From the NCBI GenBank assembly GCA_964616485.1, contig CAZTRB010000005.1, forward strand, positions 11,592 through 75,591: a stretch of 64,000 nt of DNA, written 5' to 3'. This document shows, in pieces, positions 9,194-16,800 of the stretch. Made by a program: the position numbers and the translations under genes. The notes below the pieces were generated by a model that worked only from the letters and a program-made list of their open reading frames with translations, was not told the origin of the DNA and did not search any database. Positions within the stretch are counted from its first letter, which is position 1; the number at the start of each line of letters is the position of its first letter. Source of the stretch: an uncultured Muribaculaceae bacterium. Lineage in GTDB: Bacteria > Bacillota_I > Bacilli_A > RF39 > UBA660.

Positions 9194-10142
9194 CAATATT
9201 TCTCCTTTTTAATCCCTTACTCATCTCTTTAATAATGTATATAGGTCTTTTCTTTATCTCTGAATATACCTTCGATAAATAGGCTCCTATTATTCCTAAT
9301 GAGAATAGTTGAACTCCTCCGACGAAGAAGATTAACCAAAATACTAATAACACACTACTTATAGAGACATCTATTATTAAGTTTACCACAATTATAACGA
9401 ATAAGACAAACGCTACGAGAGAAAATAATAGACTCATTACAAAAGGAATCATCAAAGGAACTGTTGAAAAACCAATTATTCCCTCGAAAGCATACACTAA
9501 GAGATTCCAAAAACTCCACTTAGTATTACCTGCCACTCTCTCGACATTCTTATACTCTAACCACTTAGTCTTAAATCCAACGAAAGTAAACAGACCTTTA
9601 GAATAACGATTATACTCTCTCATCGTCAAGATTGAATCGACTACTTGTCTTCTCATCAATCTAAAGTCTCTAGCTCCATCGACCATCTCTGTCTTAGAAA
9701 TTTTATTTATCAACTTATAAAATCTTCTAGCAAAGAAACTCCTAATAGGTGGTTCTCCTTTTCTAGTCGTCCTCCTACAAGCTACGACATCGTAGTCCTC
9801 CTCTTTAATAAGACGATACATCTCTTCTAAAAGACTAGGTGGATCTTGTAAATCAGCATCAAGCGTCGCTACATAATCTCCAGTCGCATGTTCTAATCCC
9901 GCTAAAACAGCACCTTCTTTACCAAAGTTTCTAGAAAGAGAAATATACTCTACTCTCTTATCTTTCTTCTTTAATTCTTTAATATATTCTAAAGTATTAT
10001 CTTTAGAACAATCATTGACAAAGACAAATTCAAAATTAACTTTCTTTAAGTTTTCTGCTATCCTAGTTACTTCTTCATAAAAGTAAGGAAGCGACTCCTC
10101 TTCATTATAACAAGGAACGACTAACGATATTTTTTCTCTCAT
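9186..10142 (-). CDS. GT2 polyprenol-phosphate glycosyltransferase (GtrB/CsbB-like)
   Basis: VVPCYNEEESL...VNDCSKDNT...LSRNFGKEGA...DADLQDPP, plus two C-terminal TM helices. This is the classic GtrB/CsbB architecture. The gene overlaps the nifJ start by 8 nt. Confidence 0.85.
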   Translation of the reverse strand: MREKISLVVPCYNEEESLPYFYEEVTRIAENLKKVNFEFVFVNDCSKDNTLEYIKELKKKDKRVEYISLSRNFGKEGAVLAGLEHATGDYVATLDADLQDPPSLLEEMYRLIKEEDYDVVACRRTTRKGEPPIRSFFARRFYKLINKISKTEMVDGARDFRLMRRQVVDSILTMREYNRYSKGLFTFVGFKTKWLEYKNVERVAGNTKWSFWNLLVYAFEGIIGFSTVPLMIPFVMSLLFSLVAFVLFVIIVVNLIIDVSISSVLLVFWLIFFVGGVQLFSLGIIGAYLSKVYSEIKKRPIYIIKEMSKGLKRRNIDV

Positions 10143-10143
10143 A

Positions 10144-11592
10144 CTATTCTTTAATCCTTCTTTCTATTTTTTCAAAGATTCCCATATACCTAACATAAGC
10201 GTCTTTTTCCAAAGGAATCTCATAATACTTTTTAAGTTCTTTTAACTCTTCACTATTTATCGGGTTAAACTTATAGACTAGTTTTAAAGGGTTAGCTTTT
10301 ATCTCGATAGTATTTTGATTAGATTCTAACTGTTCTTTAATGTATTCTCCCCTAGTCTTCTCAAAATAAGATATTAACAAGAAAGAAGAGATATAATAAA
10401 TTACTAACAAGCTCGTTAATAAGACGACTCTCTTACTAACATTAAATTCTTTATTACTAACAAATATTGCTAAGGAACTAATTAAAAATAAAGTAAAGGC
10501 ATAATTATTACCAAAGTCCCACTCCTGTGATATAAGACTAAAAAGACTAACTGCAATCGAGAAGATAAATAAGACATTTATTAATCTCTTACTCTTTAAA
10601 TCTTTACTATAATAGTGAAGACTTCTAATCAATAAATAAAAATATAATAAGTAATAAAAAGCATAATACCAATTCTCTACTGCAAAGAAACCGTTATAAC
10701 GATTAATTACTAAAGTTAAAGATACTGGCGAATAGAAAGAGAAATTATAAATAAAAGAAAAATACAAGATGATATTAAATAAGACGATAAGTATTCTAGA
10801 GTAAATCCCTTTAAGTCTTTCCCCTAAATAAAAGTTAATCGGTATCGTCGACAATATTATTAATAATATATTTCTAGAAAAAGTATTTTCGATAAAATCG
10901 GGAATACTATTAAAGACATAGTTTATATCGAGAATAAAAATACTCTCTTTAAAGAAACTAAAGACGAATAATAAAGTCAAGAGATGAAAGATTACTACTA
11001 AGAGATACTTTTTATTATAATTACATATTAAGTAAAATATATTTGCTATAACAAAAGAAATAGCGATGAAGATAGACGAGGTAATAACATAACTACCGAG
11101 AAGTATCATCATGACATAATCACGATAGTTTCTCTCTTTATCTCTTATACTAAATAGACTATAGAAATATATAAAACCTAGTAATATCGGTATCGTATAA
11201 CTAAAAGCACCACTTACAGAGACGTAATTATAAGCAAACATATCGACGCTGACTAAAAGCATTAATAAAAATGTTATCACATACATAAACTTGTTCTTTA
11301 CTATTCCTAATAGAGTGTTGGTCCTAAAGACAAACATCGAAGTAACTATCGCTATTATCAGATTAAACCAAACTTTATTATAAGAGAATATATTAATAAA
11401 AAAACCACTTATTACTCTTCCGTCTAAAATAGAAGAATTTTCTAAATTATAAGCGATCCCCTCTTTACCTAAAGAAAAAAAAGCCCAATCTATTCCACCT
11501 AATGGAGATAAAAAAGCCACTATCAAAAAGAAGAAAAAGACATATGTCGTTAACTTATATTTATAATCTATCGTTTTAATTCTATCATTCAT
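10144..11592 (-). CDS. polytopic membrane protein (482 aa, more than 10 predicted TM helices); GT-C-like glycosyltransferase role inferred
   Basis: Almost entirely hydrophobic segments with a soluble C-terminal tail. It lies 1 nt from the GtrB-like GT2, the usual partner arrangement (GtrB+GtrC, CsbB+YfhO). The function is inferred from context only. Confidence 0.55.
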   Translation of the reverse strand: MNDRIKTIDYKYKLTTYVFFFFLIVAFLSPLGGIDWAFFSLGKEGIAYNLENSSILDGRVISGFFINIFSYNKVWFNLIIAIVTSMFVFRTNTLLGIVKNKFMYVITFLLMLLVSVDMFAYNYVSVSGAFSYTIPILLGFIYFYSLFSIRDKERNYRDYVMMILLGSYVITSSIFIAISFVIANIFYLICNYNKKYLLVVIFHLLTLLFVFSFFKESIFILDINYVFNSIPDFIENTFSRNILLIILSTIPINFYLGERLKGIYSRILIVLFNIILYFSFIYNFSFYSPVSLTLVINRYNGFFAVENWYYAFYYLLYFYLLIRSLHYYSKDLKSKRLINVLFIFSIAVSLFSLISQEWDFGNNYAFTLFLISSLAIFVSNKEFNVSKRVVLLTSLLVIYYISSFLLISYFEKTRGEYIKEQLESNQNTIEIKANPLKLVYKFNPINSEELKELKKYYEIPLEKDAYVRYMGIFEKIERRIKE

Positions 11593-11600
11593 AAAGTCTC

Positions 11601-12080
11601 CTATAACTTATCTATGTAATCCTCTATTAATTTTACCATATTTTTAGTATTACTCTCATACTTTTTAGGTTTAAAAGTCTTAGCTTTTTCTAAAGTCTTA
11701 GAAAGTTTATTAAGATCTTTAAGAGGAAGTATATATTTCTTAGAACTTAATTGTTCGATAATCTCTAATTGATGATCGTTATCATGCTCTTTAAACTTCT
11801 TTAGTCTAGGAGCAGCTATTACAACTTTATTATATTCTAATCCCTGTAAGATAGAACCTACTCCACCATGAGTAATTAATAAACTACAATCTTTAATCAT
11901 CTTAGCAAACTCTTCACGAGAAATAAAATCAAAGATTTTCATATTAGGACTCTCATACTTAGTATGACCTGCTTGGACAATTACTTCTTCTTTAATAGTT
12001 CCTTTCTTTATCTCTCTATCTATTTGCTCTAATAAACGTTTAAACTCTTTATCTTGAGTTCCAAGAGTAACTAATATCAT
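11601..12080 (-). CDS. Alg13-like glycosyltransferase catalytic subunit (Glyco_tran_28_C-type)
   Basis: MILVTLGTQDKEFKRL...ITHGGVGSI... is the typical Alg13/PssE/Cps14G pattern. The ATG overlaps the upstream stop as TAATG. The track's GTG start at 12092 is an alternative. Confidence 0.8.
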   Translation of the reverse strand: MILVTLGTQDKEFKRLLEQIDREIKKGTIKEEVIVQAGHTKYESPNMKIFDFISREEFAKMIKDCSLLITHGGVGSILQGLEYNKVVIAAPRLKKFKEHDNDHQLEIIEQLSSKKYILPLKDLNKLSKTLEKAKTFKPKKYESNTKNMVKLIEDYIDKL

Positions 12081-12550
12081 TAGTAAATCCACCCCCCATA
12101 AACCGCTTTAGGATAAAGTTTTAACATACTCTCCCATTGAACGATAAATAAATCGGCAAAGAGATAGATTAACCTTCCCGTAATCGTCTTACTCTTACTA
12201 TTAGCAAGCGTCTCGATATAAATAATCTTACTACCGAATATTTTACCGACACAACACATTGGTCCTGCCGTATGAGCACCAGTAGTTATGATTACTTTAG
12301 GTCTAATCTTAAAGTAAAGAAAGAGACTCTTAAAAGAATTATATATTAACTTAAAGGGATAAGTTAATAAATGAGCCTTAGTTCCATAGACTAAATACTT
12401 TACTTTTCCCGGATATTTATCTTTTAAAGTCATATTAGATTTAGTCTTTTCTGTTATTATATAGTGATCATATTTCTCAAACATCGAAGACAACTTCATC
12501 ATCTCAGATAAATGACCACCAGTAGAAGATATAAATAAAACCTTTTTCAT
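12080..12550 (-). CDS. Alg14-like glycosyltransferase membrane/accessory subunit
   Basis: MKKVLFISSTGGHLSEM...TTGAHTAGP... is the Alg14/PssD/Cps14F-type pattern. It is translationally coupled to the Alg13-like gene. Confidence 0.8.
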   Translation of the reverse strand: MKKVLFISSTGGHLSEMMKLSSMFEKYDHYIITEKTKSNMTLKDKYPGKVKYLVYGTKAHLLTYPFKLIYNSFKSLFLYFKIRPKVIITTGAHTAGPMCCVGKIFGSKIIYIETLANSKSKTITGRLIYLFADLFIVQWESMLKLYPKAVYGGWIY

Positions 12551-12557
12551 AAACCAC

Positions 12558-13772
12558 CTATTTTAGTATTTTAAACCAATCTTTCTCTATATTTTTAGCT
12601 AAGTACTTTTGAGATATTTTAAGATTCTCTTTACTTAGTTTTTCTCTATACTTATTATCTTTTAAAATAAGAACGATTTTTTCTTTTAAAAGGCTTAAGT
12701 CTCTATTAGGTATCAAAACATCACTATTATCTTCTAAGACTTCACATATTCCCTTAGCACTATCGAAACCAATAACAGGAAGTCCATAACTAGCAGCTTC
12801 GATTACGACTAAACCGAAAGACTCCGAGAATGATGTAGTTACGAAAAGAGAACTATCTAACATATACTTTTCTATCTTATCTTTAGATAAAAATCCGAGT
12901 AATTCGACATTATCATTTAAAGATAATTTCTTAATTTGTTTCTCTAAATTACTTCTTTCAGACCCATCACCGATTAGGTAAAGCTTAATATTAGGTATAT
13001 TTTCTCTAACCAAAGATAATACTTCTAAAAGGTCAGAGTGTCCTTTTTCTAGAGATAATCTTCCGACATTGATTATGTTATTTGTCTTTAATAGAGATTT
13101 TTTCTTCGGCAATTCGTCTAAGACATTGGGTATATAAAGACACTCTACATTCGTCTTATCTTTATAAAAGTCTCTGAGTTCTCTAGATACTAAGATAAAA
13201 TAAGAAAATCCTTTAATAGAAGATACTAACTTTCTAACATATTTTTTATCGTTATTATGATAGTTGTGATCGGTAACAATTTTTACAATATGTCTATTAC
13301 CATAAGTAGATACTAATCTATTATGGAAGGTCCTAGTAGTAATTACATACTTGCTATTTATTTTAATAATAGCATTAATATTTAAAAGACTTTTTTTAAA
13401 TAAGAGAACAAGAGCTATATATGCTTGTTTTAATATACCAAAGATATTCTTATTAGTTAATTCTTTTTTAAACTCTTCTCTATTAGGTTTAGAATCAATT
13501 AAATATTTTATCTTAATCTTCTTATCAAAATAAAACGCGGGTTGTTCTAGCAACTTATAAGTAGTTATAATCTCTATCTCAAACTTTTTATCTAGCATCT
13601 TACAAAGAGAAGACAAGTACTTTTCGATACCACCATATCCTAAATGAAGAGCTAATATCGTTATCTTATTTTCTTTTAGTTTTCTCTTGTTATATTTTAA
13701 AATTAAAAACACTAAAAATAAGATAATAACAAAAGACAATAATACTAATAACAGTTGCAATATATCACACAC
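12558..13772 (-). CDS. GT4-family glycosyltransferase with N-terminal TM helix
   Basis: C-terminal Glycos_transf_1 signature GRLSLEKG...SFSESFGLVVIEAASYGLPVI (EX7E). GTG start with a weak RBS, so the start is uncertain. Confidence 0.8.
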   Translation of the reverse strand: MCDILQLLLVLLSFVIILFLVFLILKYNKRKLKENKITILALHLGYGGIEKYLSSLCKMLDKKFEIEIITTYKLLEQPAFYFDKKIKIKYLIDSKPNREEFKKELTNKNIFGILKQAYIALVLLFKKSLLNINAIIKINSKYVITTRTFHNRLVSTYGNRHIVKIVTDHNYHNNDKKYVRKLVSSIKGFSYFILVSRELRDFYKDKTNVECLYIPNVLDELPKKKSLLKTNNIINVGRLSLEKGHSDLLEVLSLVRENIPNIKLYLIGDGSERSNLEKQIKKLSLNDNVELLGFLSKDKIEKYMLDSSLFVTTSFSESFGLVVIEAASYGLPVIGFDSAKGICEVLEDNSDVLIPNRDLSLLKEKIVLILKDNKYREKLSKENLKISQKYLAKNIEKDWFKILK

Positions 13773-13814
13773 TTTCTAAGTATAGTTTATCACTTTTAGA
13801 AGAATAATAAAATA

Positions 13815-13847
13815 GCAAGAAAAAAGATATCTTTTTCAAGATATCTT
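13815..13847 (-). terminator. rho-independent terminator of the giant pilin-like gene
   Basis: 10-bp stem AAGATATCTT/AAGATATCTT (13824-13847) with a 4-nt loop, overlapping the stop. It is followed on the minus strand by TTTTTCTT. Confidence 0.7.
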
Positions 13848-16800
13848 ATCCCCAATTTTCACAACCACAAGCTGCTGTTCTACAAGAATTATTTCCTCCT
13901 ACACAAGTACTATAAGTGTATAGACAATTATTCCATCCACATGCACTATGTTGACAATAATAGTATCCGGCACATCCACAGCAATCATTATAACAGGTTG
14001 CAGCTTCCTCACCAGAAACACAACATGTTGTCGAAGTTTTATACCATGTTTGGCCACCCGAACTAGGTTTGCTACTTGCACACTTAGTTCCGCACCCATA
14101 ACCTCCTGTGTTTTGGTAACATTCATAGATATTTCCTTTAGTTTTACAATATGTTCCGCAACAAGAGTAACTAGTACATCTTTTATTTCCAGTACATCCG
14201 CATCCGGCAGTATAACAAGAATTATATCCTCCAACACAAACGGACGGGTTACCTGTTAAACAAGAATTCCATCCACAATTAGCATGTTGACAACTCTTAT
14301 TGGTAACACAACTCGATGTTATAGAACAAGTTCCTGTATTACCCGCTCCATCTGTAACCGTGTATGTCTTTGTACCTTTAACATTTGAATCATTATATGT
14401 AGCTGGAGATACTCCACTTGCATTATCAGAAGTTGTAACTTTTACGGTTATTCCATTAGCTCCATTCGCTGTTTTAACAGCAGTACAAGTAGGATTAACT
14501 GTATCTCTTTTTATCGTAAATACATTAGATGCAGCAGATGCATTACCTGCATTGTCAATTGATCTTACATAGAAATTCCAATTCCCATCCCAGTTTATCG
14601 TCCATGGATTTGACATTGCTGTCCAATTTGCAGCATCATGACTATACTGATAACTAGCAATTCCAGAACCAGTTCCGTCCGAAGATGATGCAGTTATTAC
14701 AACATTAGATTTTGTCCAAGTGCCTGAAGTATAAGAACCTAGATTGATCGTTGGTTTTGAAGGTTTTGTTGCATCTCTCTTTATTGTTACGACATTTGAA
14801 TTATCACTTATGTTACCAGATTTATCTATAGCCCTTACATAAACGTTCGTAGATATATCTGAACTAATTGTCCATGGATTCGACATCGTCGTCCATCCCG
14901 ACGTCCCATTAGTACTATATTCATATCTATCTAAGTTAGTATCCGATGAACTCGCTGTTATGACAATATTTTGATTTGACCATGTATTAGATGTATATGT
15001 AGTACCATCTGCTTTTTTCAAGGTTAAAGTTGGTTTCGACGGTTTCGTCGCATCTCTTTTAACATTAAAGACGTTTGACACATCACTTATATTACCAGCA
15101 CCATCAGTAGACCTTACATAGTAATTACTTTCGACATCTGTACTAATTGTCCATGGATTTGCCATATTTGTCCATCCTGAAGTTCCATTAACACTATATT
15201 CATATTTACTTATTCCTGAAATATTATCAGTTGAACTTGCCGTTACGACTACATTGCCAGAGGTCCATGTCCCTGAAGTATAAGAACCTAAATTGATCGT
15301 CGGTTTCGATGGTTTAGTAGCATCCCTTTTGATAACTACGGCATTAGATACATCACTAACATTTCCTGAGGAATCGATTGCTCTTACATAGATGTTTGTC
15401 GAAGTATCCCAGTTAATCGTCCATGGATTTGTCATAGCCATCCATCCCGATGTTCCGGTCGTACTATATTGATATCCAGCTAAGTTATCATCAGTTGAAC
15501 TTGCTGTAATGATTATATTTTGATTTGACCATGTATTAGATGTATAAGTAGAATTGTCTGCTTTCTTCATTGTCAATGTTGGTTTTGATGGTTTCGTCGC
15601 ATCTCTTCTAACAATAAATGGATTTGAATTATCACTTACGTTACCAGCACCATCAGTCGATCTGACATAGTAAGTTTTATCGGTATCGAAGTTTATCGTC
15701 CATGGATTTGACATCGTCGTCCATCCTGAAGTTCCATTGTTACTATATTCGTATTTGCTTATTCCCGAAATATTATCAGTTGAACTTGCCGTTACGACGA
15801 CATTACCAGAAGTCCATGTACCAGAAGTATACGAACCTAGATTAATCGTCGGCTTCGATGGTTTAGTACCATCTATTTTTACCGTTTGGTTGTTCGGACA
15901 AGTAACACAGTTTCCTGCTCTATCACAAACCTCGCCCGGTCCAGCCGTCGTCGTATTTATATCACTAGTATAAGGTTTAGTAATTGTCGTATTTACACAA
16001 CCACTACCACTATCACTACAAGTACCAATTATATTTACAGTCGTCTTACTCCATGCAGAACTTCCACCACTACTTACACAAGTTGGTTTCGTCGTATCGA
16101 TCGTATCGACGACTACCGCTTTATTAGTAACATGTCCAGCTTGGTCCTTAACCCACACATAATATGTACCATTATCAGAAGCTATATTTGGAACACCAAT
16201 TCCAAAACTAGTTCTTGCCGATATAGCGGTAAATGTCGGTTGTGTCGTCGAACTCTTATTTATACCGTAACCGATTATTCCTGAATTAGTATCTGTTCCG
16301 GTAAATACTATCGTTCCGTTAAGTCCGTCTTGACCAGTATCGATTATCGTCGAGTACGCTACATCCCAACTTACTGAAGTACCAGAACCCGTCAAGTAAA
16401 CGTGTCCGAAAGTCGAGAACGTTCCCGAACTACCCGCTTTTTGAATATAGATATATTCTGCCCAATCTCCAGTTCCAGCTTGTGGAGTGATCCAGTAGAC
16501 GCTTGAACCTGTACCGGTAGAATTAGAAGCTCTTTGAATAGTATACCCAACTGGTATCTTTGCAATTATTCTATGAGCATATACAGCATTAGCTCTCGAA
16601 GTTACAGTTTGAACATAACCTCCTAATCCAGGAGAACTGACACCATTTGTCGTTATTCTCATAACGTATGAACCATATGGGTTAGATTGAGCTACTCTAG
16701 CGTGAGTAACAGTACCATTTCCACTATTATTATATACGCTAAAGTTATTTGTCCCAGAAGCAAACGTCGGATCTTTGAATAACGGAGTCCCTGATATTGC

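Noticed and set aside
13824-13847. Two copies of the palindrome AAGATATCTT, each containing an EcoRV-type GATATC site, considered as a possible protein-binding operator
   Set aside because: The position overlaps the stop codon, the spacing is 4 nt and a T-run follows on the coding strand. A rho-independent terminator fits better.
14500-15873. Regularly spaced direct repeats that could be mistaken for a CRISPR or satellite array
   Set aside because: The units are ~270 bp, contiguous with no spacers, in frame and coding for Ig-like protein repeats. No cas genes are present.
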